NCBI RefSeq assembly: GCF_006345805.1
Contig: NC_043007.1
Coordinates: forward strand, 64,604,001-64,668,000
Direction: 5' to 3'
Origin: Octopus sinensis
Taxonomy: Eukaryota
Length of the DNA: 64,000 nt
A model generated the notes under the pieces. It made no database searches. It was not told where the DNA came from and saw nothing but the letters and a program-made list of their open reading frames with translations. Of the stretch, positions 1-14,081 are shown one piece after another (position 1 is the stretch's first letter; every line of letters starts with the position of its first letter). Made by a program: the position numbers and the translations under genes.

Positions 1-587
1 TTCTTTACAGAAGAATAAATTGTAACAATAATTGTAAAAGAAATAATATTAGTAAAAATAATAGTAATTTAATATATTCTAAATGTTTAATGTTATTGTT
101 AAACCAATAATAGCAAATTTAATATAAGTAGTATTATTAGCAGGAGATCATACAAAATCTAATATCAACTAGTGAAATATATCTTGCTATTTTAGATGCA
201 AGTCTTTAATCAAATATTTAAAACAGTATCTAAATCATAAATAATAATTTGAAATATATAATCAAGCAACCTTGTAAAGAGAAGAAAAAAGAAAAGCAAG
301 AAAATTGTGCCAAGTCAATAAGTGAATAGTGACAAGCTGTTCTTATTGTATTCCTCAGAATTGAAAAAGCTGCAGTAATGGTGTCATTTTTAATTATAAA
401 ATGTGTAAATCTTTCAATTACAATTTCTTAACTAAAAGTATGAGTGTATGTGTGTGTGTATGTATTTGTGTGTGTGTGTGAGTGAGTGCATGTGTGCATG
501 CGCATAATATATATACATACACACACACATATATATACACACACGTGCACACACACACACATACATATATATATAAATATATATATA

Positions 588-642
<55 letters not shown>

Positions 643-755
643 GCAATTAATTCGGTGGGATTAGTAATATTTTTGGTAGAAATGACTAATTGTCCCTCTT
701 AGCGTGTGGCATGTATGTATAATGCCCTGGCATGTATGTATAATGCCCTCTATAT

Positions 756-806
<51 letters not shown>

Positions 807-1558
807 TTATTTATATATATCAAAACAATAATAAAAGTAACATCAAAATGTTCTTCTGTGTCCCATGTGGTGTCCACTAGAATCTCAAACTGAAATCCAT
901 GTTCAAATAGAAAGAAACAAAGAGATTATTTTGAACATGGTTTACAGTAAAATGAAGGACTTTTTTTTAAAACTTAAATGAAAAAATAACTTTCAAGAAG
1001 TTAACTGATTTTAAGACAATTATTTTTCTTTAATTTAACAGTTTTACAGGCTTTTTTTATATAAAAATGTATTTATAAACATTTGCAACACAAGGTGATC
1101 TTATGTAAAAATTTTGGTATTCTCATTGAATGAGAAGCAAAAAGCTAACAAACTACTATGTGAAAAAAAAAAAAACCAACTTTATAGCTTAAAGGAACGC
1201 AGGAACGTGCACAGATATAAATATGTATATGCATGAGCATGTATTAGTTTGTGTGTGGGTGTATGTAGGTGAATATGCATGTTTATAAAACAAAATATAT
1301 GCACAAAGAATTTTGTGTGTATGTGAATATATGTATATGTATATTTGTATGTATGTATGTATGTATGTATGTATGTATGTATGTATGTATGTATGTATGT
1401 ATGCATGCATGTATGTATGTATGTATGTATGTATGTATGCATGTATGTATACTTTCGTGTGAATATATATATAGTTATGGTATATTCTGTTAAGAACGTA
1501 GTATAGTACAGTATAAAGCTTGTCCACCTTCAGATTTCTTCAATTATATATATATATA

Positions 1559-1735
1559 TATCATCATTGTTTAACGTCTGTTTTCCATGCTGTCATGGAT
1601 TGGACGGTTTGACTGAGGGCTGGCAAACCAGTAGGCTGCACCAGGCTCCAATCTGATCTGGCATGGTTTCTATAGCTGGATGCCCTTTCTAAGCCAACCA
1701 CTTCAAGAGTGTAGTGGGTGATTCTTACATGCCAC
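1559..1735 (-). mobile_element. 3' end fragment of RTE-type LINE (GAT-repeat tail family)
   Basis: Reverse complement of the 3' end of the element at 24880-25102 (gtggttggc.tagg aagggcatccagct...ggacgttaaac gatgat). Confidence 0.75.
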
Positions 1736-1774
1736 ACACACACACACACAAACAGTAACAATTACACAACTACG

Positions 1775-1806
<32 letters not shown>

Positions 1807-1920
1807 CATATATACATTAACATAATTATATGTATATATAACTATAAAATGATATATATAATTGTATACACACATAACTATATAAACAAACACACACACA
1901 CATATGTAATTATATATATT

Positions 1921-1951
<31 letters not shown>

Positions 1952-3714
1952 AAATACAAAAGCATTTTCCTATCTGTCTGTATATATGTATGTACAATAT
2001 ACAAATTTTATATATGAATTAAAGAAGTAGTTAGAAGTCAGAGAAATAATTTTCATTATTGCTTATACTCATAGAGTGAAAACATGTGGCCTTGTGTTTA
2101 GGATGTTGCACTCATGATTGTAAGGTTGCGGTTTTAATTCCCTAACTGGGGAATTGTGTTTTTGAGGAAAAACACAACATTTCAAGTTGCTCAGTCTGCT
2201 CAACTGGAAATGAGTTCAGGCAATAATTGTCAAGTTGAATTGCAATGGGCCAGCATCCTGTTCAAGGTGGAGTGTTCTAATCTCTGTTACTTATATGCCA
2301 AGTGAACCAGGTTTAGATTCAGTTTTATGAGTACCTGGGCCTCAATATTTTATTGTTTTAGCATTTCAATTCCAATTGGAAGTTTTCTAAATTTGAGGAA
2401 TATTGAGTATATTGCTTTACATATATGTGCGAGGAATGTCAGCTGCTTGTTAAAAAATATCAAATGTCAGGAATTCAAATATTTTAAATAAGTTTGTTTG
2501 CTTGGGTCTTGGAGTGAGAACAAAGAATATTTGAGAGTTACCACTTAAAATGTTTGACCATTCTGATTGATTGTTTTGATGAAAAATATGTTCAGAAAAG
2601 TCTAGATGCTTATTAATTTCAATAAACTGTCAAATTTAATTTATTGAATAAATCTCTTTAAATATGTATAATTATGTCTATGAATATATATTTATAATTT
2701 TATGTAGAAATATATATGTGTGCGTATACATATCTACATATACAAACTTTAGGTTATTTCAAATATGTTTGTGACATATTTTAACATCTAAAGGTAATTT
2801 CACTGGAGTTTACTACAGAGTGGCCTTGAGGTGACAGAAAGTTATAGCTTTATAATACCAGTGACTGATTTACATTTGCAGACCACCTGGTCCAAATAAA
2901 TACATGAATAGTAGCATGGAGTAGTGATGGGAAACCAATAGTAAGAAATTTTTTCTCCAAAGTAAACTGCAGTGAAACTGCTTTTAGAAGTTAAAATTTG
3001 TAAACATTTGAACTAACCCAAAGTTTGTTTATTTGACATCACTGCTTCACGCTACTACTTATGTTTATTGGCACATACATCATTTATATATATACAATAA
3101 GTTATATATTTATAATTTTGTGCACACACACACACACACACACATATTGAAGAAGGCTTTAATTTTAGTCATTAGACTGTGAACAAAAATTTCCATATAA
3201 AAGCTAACTATTTCATCCTCAGAGGAGAAGAATATTCGTAGTAGTCAGTTCCACTATCGATGGAATATTTGGCTTTTATATGGAAATGTATACACACCCA
3301 ATCTAGAAACAGTTGTAAGAGACTTTTTGCACAGCTTCTTACTCCCTTATTCATATGATACCTTTACTCCAACAACTCCATTATAATGACTCTACAATTG
3401 TTTCAATTATAAATTCCATGCTCTAAAGGGATACTACATGTTTTGCTTGTTCATTCTTTTTTTTCTAATATACATCTACCAACTCAAGGATGAACTATAG
3501 TCATTCATTGCTAGGCAGCTACAACACCACCTTTGTTTTAGTTATAATTCAAATTGGAGTTTTAGTGGTAAACCAGCCTGAGCATTTATTATATATGCTT
3601 GTTACATTTTGTCATTATATGCAAATTTATCTGCTTACACACACATACACACACACAATACACTCACACAAACATATATACATGTATACACGCAATAACA
3701 AAACAGTACTTCTG

Positions 3715-4860
3715 TAGACTCTGGAAAATATGGAAATCAGAGCTGTCTGCATTTAACAAGATCATATTTCAATGTTTTTGCAGTGCCAGCACTAGCACTG
3801 GGATATTGGACTGGACAGTTGATGAGATCTGCAGCTTGGACATCAAAACTAGAAAGGTAATGACCATCACTAGCAATTTGCACATCAACAGCAACTCTGA
3901 TGGGATCTATGTGAGATGAAGTGATGGTACGAGAGACCTAAGGTTAGTCTAAACAGCCTTTGAATATCACACTGTGTCACTCAGACAACACCTGCTGAAC
4001 AGTAAAGAAAGAAATAAGTACACTCCATGCATACTCAAAAGTGAGAGCAGCAACATATTCAAAGTTAGAGAAGAACTACTGTGCAAGTACCTTAAGAATA
4101 CATCTGTCTGATATGACTCAAAGAAGGCTGAACTGGCCTACTTAAAGAGACACTGGGAGAACCAGCAAAAAGCAATGCATGAATATATATCCTGTAAGCT
4201 AAAGAATAACAGCATTGACAAGAAGAGTAGCCTCTCCTAGACTTGTGATAGATTCATTACATTCCATCTAGAAGGATATGCCTTTGCTATCCAGGAACAG
4301 GAGGTAGCAACTAAATATCTGATAAACAAGAGCGACAAAGATATCACCAAAGCTCCATCATTGAAGTTGCCCCCAAATGTCCATGAGGTACTATCTGCCC
4401 TTGTAGCATAATATAGTTGCAAAGACTATTTGCAGTGCTATCCATAGGAAGGACTGCCCTGATGCATACATCAAAGGCATGTCAGAACCAGCAGGTATTC
4501 ACACCTTTAAAAACAATGGAATACTGGTGAAACATTCCAATAGCAATAACTTGTGCAAACATAATAGACCCGATATTGCTCTGTGGGATAGGGAACAAAT
4601 GTTATAAACAGTTGTAGAGGTCAGCTGCCCAACAGATGTAAATCTACCATCCAAAGTCCAGGAAAACAAGAACATTAATGGTGAATTAATGTGGAATTTA
4701 CAGCTCTTGTACTTTGATTATAAATCCTCATTTGTACCTATGATCATAGGTGCCATTTGGCTATGTAACTACAAGTTTATACAAAACTTAGAAATATTAA
4801 GTTTTTATTGTAGAAAGAGCAAAAGAAACTGGACATCACTGCACAGCTCCAAAGGTTCAA
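3715..4860 (+). mobile_element. Decayed R4/Dong-like non-LTR retrotransposon (RT C-terminus plus REL endonuclease)
   Basis: KIWKSELSAFNKI...LDIKTRKVMTITSNLHINSNSDGIYV matches the R4-clade post-RT motif; PDIALWD...VVEVSCP near 4570-4630 resembles the restriction-like endonuclease; many stops and frameshifts. Confidence 0.7.
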
Positions 4861-5261
4861 CCCATTCCATCTAGAGTGAGGACTAGGTATTGCAATAACT
4901 TGAGGATCAAAGGTTCACAGTTATTTAATATTTTACCAAAGAATCCAAGAGATCTATCATACATGGAGTAGATGTTTTCAAGATGAAACTTGACCTGCTG
5001 TCCAAGATCTCAGATGAACCTATATCATAGCAAAAAACTCAATATTGAACGTCTTCCTTCATCAAAAGCCAATCACAAATGAGTGGCCATGCACACACAC
5101 ATATACATGTGTGTGTGTGTATACACACACACACACACACACATTTATATATATATATATATATATATCTCCTTCTTCTCCACCTCATCATTATTTATAT
5201 ATATCATCATCATCTTAACGTTTGTTGTCCATTAAACGATTATACACACACACACATATCC

Positions 5262-5535
5262 ATAACAGCCATTTCATTAGTTATGACAAGTGTTCCAGTT
5301 AATCTGATTGATGGAACAATCTGCTCATGAAATTAACGTGTAAGTAGCTGAGCACTCCACAGACTTCTGTACCCTTATCATAATTCTCAGGGAGATTCAG
5401 CATACAACTCATTTTTTCTGAGTGGACTGGAGTAATGTGAAATAAAGCATCTTGCTCAAGGACATAATGTGCTGCTGGGAATTAAACTCATGATCACGAA
5501 GAGAATACCCTAACCACTAAGCCACACACCTTCAC
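5262..5535 (-). mobile_element. tRNA-derived SINE (octopus-type)
   Basis: Minus-strand head gtgaaggtgtgtggcttagtggttagggtattc...gagtttaattccc shows A/B-box-like motifs followed by a SINE body. Confidence 0.6.
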
Positions 5536-7639
5536 ACACACACACACACACATTTTTATATACATATATATTTTTCTTAATATTTAGCAGAAGCAACAAA
5601 GTGACTCAAGAGCTGAGAGTTTTGTACATTGGCACTTATCACGTATATATATGTACACACACACACACAAATTTGTAATGTGATATATGGATTCATAGAA
5701 GTCTCTTTTACTGTTCCAAGCATTTCAGTCATACATAATAATCCTATCTTGGACAGAAAAAAAATTATCAATGAGGAAGGGCTCTAAGCAATTGCTTGAC
5801 ACACAAGAAATAGCAGCCTAATCTCCCTTCCACCAAATTTATTGTCTAAAACAATACAATGGAGAATGTGACTTTGTATATACTATGTGTCAAAATAAAT
5901 AAATCAGAAAAAAATCCCCAAAAAGGATTGTTGTTGGAACATCTTTCATCATATGTTTACTTGTTCAGGTTTAATCAACAGCAATAACTCTCAGTAGCTT
6001 CATGATTCTCACTATAAAAGTACAGTGTCTGACTTTTAATTTCAAAATATAAATACTACTTTGAGGTGACTTGGAAGTTAGATGCTTTTAAGTTTCCGCA
6101 TTCACTGTCTTACTTAAGGTTTTTGTTTATATAGTATTTGCTTTGAAATCACCAGGCCACTCACTGATGATTGTGAAAAATGTTTGTAACACACTATGTT
6201 GTACTTATAACTTTTCTGGCTAGTTGTTTTACTAGCCTGGACAATGTCCTTTTTGTCTTTGGTCATTAGTCCTATCTAACTACTAGATGTCTAGTTGGGA
6301 TAGGTGAGAGGCTTCCTATGTTTGCTGGTTAGCCCCCAGGTCTATCCTAATCAAAAGGACAAAAAACAGAAATTATAGACAAAGGCATACTAACCATGGT
6401 CATTCAAACATCCTATATCTTTTAGAATCATCGAGGTCTTCATTATTTAGTGTGAGTCTGTCACATCTTTTAAGAGGATGGAGTATGATTTGAAGGAGAT
6501 TTGACTGCAATTTCTGGCAGGTTGAGCTATTACATAAATGCTTTCTCTGACTCCTGGAGTTATATTTCCTCTTTATTTCTTACATTACAAACATAGTTTA
6601 TATGAATATCAGTCCTTTCTGATACACCTTCATGATAATCTGGTATAGCAATGAAATTCTTGTGATTTATATTTTAGGTAATTTTTACTGCTTAAGTGTG
6701 GACCCTTTGCAAATGTGTGTGTATGTGTGTTTATAATTTTCTGAGTCATTAGGTTACTTCTAAAGAAAATGCCAAAAGAACCATATTTTCTCTCATAAAT
6801 TACTGGGCTCTAAGACAAAAATGCATAACAATGTCAATTTTCAAACAATTTAATAATCATTATTGAAATGATAGCTACCTCCCAGCAAGGCAAACTAAAG
6901 GATATTTAATAAAAACCAATATGGATGTTATTTATTTCAATCTTTCAATTAATGAAGCAAGACTAAAACATGCAAATTTGCTTGTTTTCCCACATGATGG
7001 ATTACAAAGAAGAAAAAAGCAAATAAATTTAACAAAAAAAGTTAAAGAAAAAAAGAAGTGGAGAGGTATTTCTTTTCAGCCCAAAACAACACAGCAATGT
7101 GTAAGGAGAGCTACATGTGGATAATAAAACTGAATAGATTGAACTAGCTAATTTGAGCCAGCAGTGGAAATAATAACAAGGCTATTTCTAATTAAATTCA
7201 GTAGAATAATATTTTTTGTTTAGTAAAGGAAGTTTTAGTCTAAATTTATCAGAGGACTAACTGGATCAATGAGGCAGATTATCAATAAACTGTGTTGGTG
7301 CAATTTTTTTTCTTTTAAAGTAATATTTTTTTTTATCAGATACTCATAAATTAACTCATTTTCATATATAAAGAAAAGAAAATGGTGAACTGACTGAGAC
7401 GTGAATAAATAAACTGACAAATGCATACACACACACACATACGAATTGTCCTATTTATGAATTGGTGTCTAGAAGTGAATATATCTAAATACATTCATAC
7501 AAACACACAACACATGCACTTAACATAGTGCTTGTCAAAAATGACAAGTAGGTATCTGAGTTTGGAATAAATTATATAATCATAATGTGTGTAAAAAGAG
7601 CCAAACAGTGACATTGCTTTCTATATCCTATACACTATA

Positions 7640-8550
7640 GATCTTTATTGCAATCAGACCTGGACACAATGCAGCAGTTGATCATGGACTGGCAACTCAA
7701 GCTGGTTGTGGACAAATGTACCACCATGCATTTTGGGAGGAAAAACCCAGCGTCTACTTACTCCCTCTGCAACACTAATCTCAAAAAGTCTTCTTGTGAA
7801 TGCAACCTGGGCATTATTGTCGACAGTGATTTGCGTTGGACAAAACACATTGCAAAAATTGCCAAAAAGGCTGAGGGTGTCTTGGCATCACTTACCAAGT
7901 CCTTTGTGAGCTGCTCTCTGGCTATCTATCTGAGGCTTTATATAGCTATGGTGTGGCCTCACCTGGAATTTGCATCACTGGTCTGGAACCCCTATCTTGC
8001 TCAGGATATTCGTCTGGAAACTGTTCAGTAACGTGCAACCAAGAGAATACCCTCCATCAGGCATTTGTCATATTCTGAACGCCTTACTTCCCTGGGCATG
8101 GATACATTGAAACTCCAACATCTGGCAGTTGAATTGGCAGACACCCATAAAATTATCAACCATCTTACTAACAATAACTCTGAGCACCTTTTCAAACTCC
8201 ACCTGTCTAACACCTGTGGACATGTTTACAAAGTCAGAAAACAGCACAGCTCCCATGACTTTTGGAAACATTTTTTCACGCTAAGAGTTGCTGAAGTATG
8301 GAACAAACTGCCAGCATCAGTTGTTAGTTGTCGGAGTACTGCATCCTTCAAAACTTCCATGCTTCCTGAGATTCACCAACACTACACCTGATTTTCTCCC
8401 CTCCATACACACGCAAGCATGTATCTGACTCATACACTGTTCACTTCCCAGACATTTGTACATTACTGCATATGCTTTTTATGCACTTTTGACAAGTTGT
8501 GGTGCACCTGAGCACTGTATACAATAATTTCATTATTATTTTATTATTAT
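7640..8550 (+). mobile_element. 5'-truncated CR1-clade LINE (RT C-terminal region and 3' tail)
   Basis: LQSDLD...WQLKL..DKC..MHFG..N...LGIIVDSDL...Y..MVWPHLEFAS.VWNP...LETVQ*RATK.I...SYSERL..LG; in-frame stop at 8029-8031; (ATT)n-like tail near 8530-8550. Confidence 0.9.
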
Positions 8551-9290
8551 ACAGAAAGATATAGATACAGCTAACCCAAAAGTAGAAGAGAAAGAAAACA
8601 TAGCTATCATTGTGTGTGTGTCAGGTCAGTTAGAAAAATAAACTCTCATTCTTGCCAATAGCTTCATCTACCAATTTATCTATGTGTGTGTGTGTTAATT
8701 ATAATTACAATCATAAGAAACTGATGATCTTCATTTAAGTTTGGATTTCTAAAATATTATTGTAGAAAGAGGATTATCAATTTAGCTTTATGACAAAATT
8801 CATTTAATAAAAGCTCTTGTGAACATATGTATGTGTGTTTGTGTGTGCGCATGGCTGTATGCATGTTTTTAAGTAGTACATGTGTATATTTATATATTCA
8901 CATGTTTCTGCAGTGGGACAGAACCTACAAAGTTTAGCACATTTATTTCTCAATACTAACATGGGAGAGGTGATTTTTGAAAATATAGATATTTGTGTAT
9001 TATTTACTGTTTACCCTTTCTAATGCCAACCACACAGCTACACAGCAAAAGTAGACACTATAGACATGTAGGTGGAAAAAAACAAAAATAATGCTTTGCC
9101 TTGGTAAGAGGTATAACAATCACTACCAACCTTTTTGATTAACCTTAACTCATATTCATTTAATTAGTAGTTCAATACATTCAGCTCAGTCCCAGAACCT
9201 TTTAAATATTTGTGTGTGCATCTACATGCACACGCACACACACACACTCACTTTAAATGCAAAAATGATATAATAATATACACTTACACA

Positions 9291-9351
<61 letters not shown>

Positions 9352-9532
9352 TTATATATATATATATACACATATCTTTATACATACACTCATGTGGCTT
9401 TACATTTCTTTTTCTAAACATTTAAATGTAATTTACAATATAACTTATTTACTTTAATTAGAACTATGTTCTTATTTTTTAAAGACATATTATTAATATT
9501 CTGAAAATTGATTTAAAAAAACCCAGATGTTG

Positions 9533-9563
<31 letters not shown>

Positions 9564-10227
9564 CGTGCACATGCATGCATTTGTGAATTTGTAGATACAT
9601 GTTTCCATGAATGATAAATCTGAAACCAAATTGATGAAAAAGAAACCATGCTATCATAAATATCTAGCAGTCTGTCATGAAATCGATTTGACTTTAAGGT
9701 TGTAGTTGTTGTGGTAGTATTGTATATGGACTGTATTAGAATAAGTAACAGTAATTGTAGCTAACTGAATATTTTAGTATGAGCATTAAATGTTAAAACT
9801 AGCAACAGTAGAAGCAGTGCCAATAAAGTGCCACTGGATATTTACATGCAAAAAGATTTTAGTGACTGGAAACAGTTCTCCTAACCAGAAATACATACAT
9901 TCATACATACATAGGTATGTATTTATATGCATGTATATGTATTTAGGTATATATTCATGTATGTATGTATAAACTAACTATATTATACCATACACACTCA
10001 CATGCATAGATATATGTGAGTCTGTGTGAGTTGCTATTTTGAGTTTCTTCTTCCAGATCCTCAGAGGATTTATGATAACATGTTTATATACACAAAACTG
10101 TCTACAGGAAACAACTCACACTGACTCAAATTTGAATAAATATTATTCCACACTTCTTAACACTTTTGAGTAGATTCACTAAATTGATACAATCATTCTC
10201 ATACAATCATCCATTATGTATATATAG

Positions 10228-10321
<94 letters not shown>

Positions 10322-10380
10322 TGTGTGCAATAGAATAAAAGAATAGACAAGCAAACTACAGGTACTGAATCAGATTATGA

Positions 10381-12024
10381 CATATTTATACAAAATTTAG
10401 TGAAAAACAAATGCATAAAGGAGTATAAAAATCAGGAAGCCAGTAAAAATTTGACTGTGGGAAGTTCTTAAAAGTTGCAATGTAAACAGGTAGAATAACA
10501 AGAAAAGGCAGAAGATAAGTCCATAGTATTGATATGACATACTTTAGCATGCAGATGAAGGTTATCACAAGGACAGTCTTGAAACTGAAAGAAGAAAATG
10601 CTGTGCAGAATAATCCTGACAGCTGTTTCAACAATTGTTGCATAATTGGTGCAGTTTCCTGCATCCAAATCTTTGTGGCAACCAATTCTATCTTTAGAAG
10701 GATAATGGGTAGAAACTCACTAAAGAAATTAGTATATAAAGGGAGAGGCAGATTTATAGAAGTGAGCATACATGGAGAGGGGCAGATTTATTAAGGTTTA
10801 AAACTAGAGGAAGATATGTAAGTGGCATACATTTATATATGAAGTGCCACCATTAAGTTTAAGTGTCAATATTTAGCTCTCCTTATTTATTTCTGCAAAA
10901 ACACAAAAATCTATCTCACTAGCTAACTGCATAAGTAAATAATAAAGAATAATAGCATACCATATAGTATTACTTGGTCTCTCATCGATACTGGAATGCC
11001 ATATCAGAGCAATAATGCTCATGCAATTTATGCTTGAAAGAGTCCATGCAGATCTTAATGCATGACCTCATTACCTATCAAATTGTCAGAGAAGCTATTA
11101 CCACTTGTGCTCAGATTCTTTGAAACTTTCCAATTTTATCACAGATCAAAGTGTCCTGCCTTAAATATATTCACACAATGCATATCCAAATAAATACTAG
11201 GCTCCTTCATTAACTGCCACATATCTTCCTCTATTCCTCACATTAAAAAATACTTGATTCTTATTTCTCTTAACTATATTTTGAAATCCTTATTGATAAA
11301 ACCACTTAATGCAATAAATTATACCATACACATTATCCTTGTTTACCACTACTTTCTTTGATTTAATAAATTGCTGCATACTTCATATGAACTTTTTACC
11401 AATGGTCTAGACCTACCACACAGATAGCTCATCTGAATTTATATATATCATCTTTTAGTATCCTACTCCACACCCCATTAACTTTAGGTTCTATATCACA
11501 CTTCACCACCTCCTGACAGACTGGCCAAGCTAATAACCCCTAATCCTCCCCACTTCACAACTACACTTCTATGTCTCATCCCTCCCATATCATCCCCCGT
11601 TAGTACATCTAACTTCTATCTATATAATCACATAGCATTTCTTATTTACATATCTTTCTCTGGATTTAGACCTTAATAAATCTGCTCCTCCTCATTTATA
11701 TTCATTTCTTCAATGAGTTTCAGTCCATTAACCTTCCAAAGATGGAATAGGTGGCTATAAAATTAGGATGCAGGCAACATACAGAGAACTGTACCAATTA
11801 TGCACCATTCTTGAAACAAGTGTGAAGGAAATTTGCACAACATTTTTCTCTCAGTTCCAAACTATGTCATATCAATACTATAGACTTACCTTTTGCCTCT
11901 TCCTGGAGTCTATCTGTTTACATTGCAACTATTAAGAACTTCACATAGTGGAACTTTTACTGACCTCCTGCTATTTATACTCCTTTATGCTTTTGGATTT
12001 TTCTTTGTATGGTGTGTGAATATG
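10381..12024. repeat. Diverged long inverted repeat (arms ~10381-10820 and ~11645-12024) carrying decayed hammerhead motifs
   Basis: Reverse complement of the right arm aligns colinearly with the left (e.g. gcataaaggagtataaa; ttgcaatgtaaacag; atagtattgatatgacata; tgcataattggt; gcagatttattaagg). Confidence 0.85.
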
Positions 12025-12233
12025 CCAAAGTCTGATTCAGTACCTGTTGTTTGCCTGTCCTTTTGTTCTGTTATACACACACCAACTATATTGATACATT
12101 GCCTATAGCTAGTTTCACTTAGGCATCAACCACATCCCAAAATTTGAAGTTGGAGTTTAGGCACAAATTTGACTTAAGCACTAATTGCATGTACCTATTA
12201 TCCTACATCATTTGACATTGTATTACACACAAA

Positions 12234-12323
<90 letters not shown>

Positions 12324-12602
12324 CATCATACACAGATATATATGCATATATTACATATGGTTACACATACAAATTCTATTGAAATTCTTACACTCATGTA
12401 TGTATTTATGTATTTAGTATTTGAATGTGAATTAAGCATACATATCCACACATGCAAACACATATATGCACCCATTCTTGTGTACCATTGTATATCCTCA
12501 AGCAACACACATTTGTGTGTAAATGTGTTTGTGTCTATATCTAAATGTTACTGCTTGATTACAAGATCATATTTGTTGATGATAATAGGTAGTAGTTGTA
12601 GT

Positions 12603-12603
12603 A

Positions 12604-12639
<36 letters not shown>

Positions 12640-12777
12640 TGTCATGCTTTGGCCATTTTAATAAAAATGCAATACTGAAATAATGTATAGTAAAAATCAG
12701 ATATATTTCCATTTTTCAAGTAGCTAAAAAAATACATGCAGGTAATTTTCCAGAAGCTGTAGAAAAACATTTAGAGC

Positions 12778-12821
<44 letters not shown>

Positions 12822-12851
12822 GTAGTAGTAGTAGTAGCAGTAGTAGTAGTA

Positions 12852-12893
<42 letters not shown>
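12603..12893. repeat. (AAT)n/(AGT)n trinucleotide microsatellite tracts
   Basis: Directly visible runs at about 12603-12638 and 12778-12893. Confidence 0.95.
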
Positions 12894-12899
<6 letters not shown>

Positions 12900-13469
12900 G
12901 ATTATGACAATAGAAATATCATTAATAATAATGATAACGTACAGTAATGTGATGGTGATAATAACAAAAGTAGAGATAATGATATTGGTGATAGTGATAA
13001 TAGTGGTAGTGATTGCAGTGTATATTCATCAGTGTAACAAACTACTGCTTTCTTCTTTATTTCAGAAACATTTATGTCTATCCAATTTGGAAAGACATTT
13101 TTTGTTTCTGCTTTTTCTATAAAGCAACAGACCTGTTATCTTTAATAATTATTCAATTTCAGTGGGAAGTGCCAACAAACAAGGTTAAACTTTGTGTTAA
13201 CATTACTTTTTTAAAGATCTCTCTTCCATTTTTTAAAAGAAAAGAAATATGCTTCAATTCCTTATCAAACCGGATAATAATAATGATTAAAAAGAAAACA
13301 ACATAAATAAAGAATTTGGTGAGCGAGAGAGGAATAAAAAAAAATCAGAAAAGGGTATGCTTTTTGAAAAGAATATGTGAAGGTGTATCATGAATTGATA
13401 CATAAACCTTTGCAGACTATCAAAGTCATATTTGCTGATTAAAGTAATTTGTAATCTACAAAATCTTAC

Positions 13470-13682
13470 CCTTTTACTTTTTCCAGAGAGCTTTACACTA
13501 AGCTTCCGCTTAACATCGCTCCCTGCCTCTGAGTGGATACTCATGCGATCACTCAAGTCTCCTTTGTCTGCAGCATCCACTGTGACAGCAGGCAGTTCGA
13601 CACTTTTACATGAATAGTCTGATGTACTGCGAACTATTGCCTCTTCTCTACTTTTCTCTTCACACTGTTTCTCTTCTTCTTG
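13470..13682 (-). CDS. para: Nav1 exon in cytoplasmic I-II loop
   Basis: aaactttcacag|CAA GAA GAA... to ...AAA AGG|gtaaga; 213 nt, phase 0, continuing the acidic helix of the previous exon; QEEEKQCEEKSREEAIVRSTSDYSCKSVELPAVTVDAADKGDLSDRMSIHSEAGSDVKRKLSVKLSGKSKR. YSCxS and (D/E)RMSIxS resemble the Drosophila para loop as I recall it. The 3' boundary could instead be 13497. Confidence 0.85.
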
Positions 13683-13752
13683 CTGTGAAAGTTTAATGTT
13701 AGTATCAAATTTTACTTGTCGTTACAGTAAAGAAATAAAACAGTAATAAAAA

Positions 13753-13791
<39 letters not shown>

Positions 13792-14049
13792 TATATATAT
13801 ATATGTAATTGTGTGTGTATATATATATATATATGTATATATATGGCGAATAAATTTTTCAGTATGCAGAATTCTAAGATAGAACCAAAATGGATTAGTT
13901 GGTGCAACAGTTTCAATTTATAGGTATATATTGCATGATATACACCCATAAAAACAAAGTACATGAATTAGGTTTGAATACAAGGTGGATATTAAGGCAA
14001 GAGCTCTGAGGATAAAGTTAATTATTTTGTTAGTTATGACATTATTATT

Positions 14050-14081
<32 letters not shown>

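Noticed and set aside
707-748. 21-bp direct duplication (tggcatgtatgtataatgccc x2); similar ~24-bp duplication at 42470-42520
   Set aside because: Ordinary slippage duplications with no further structure.
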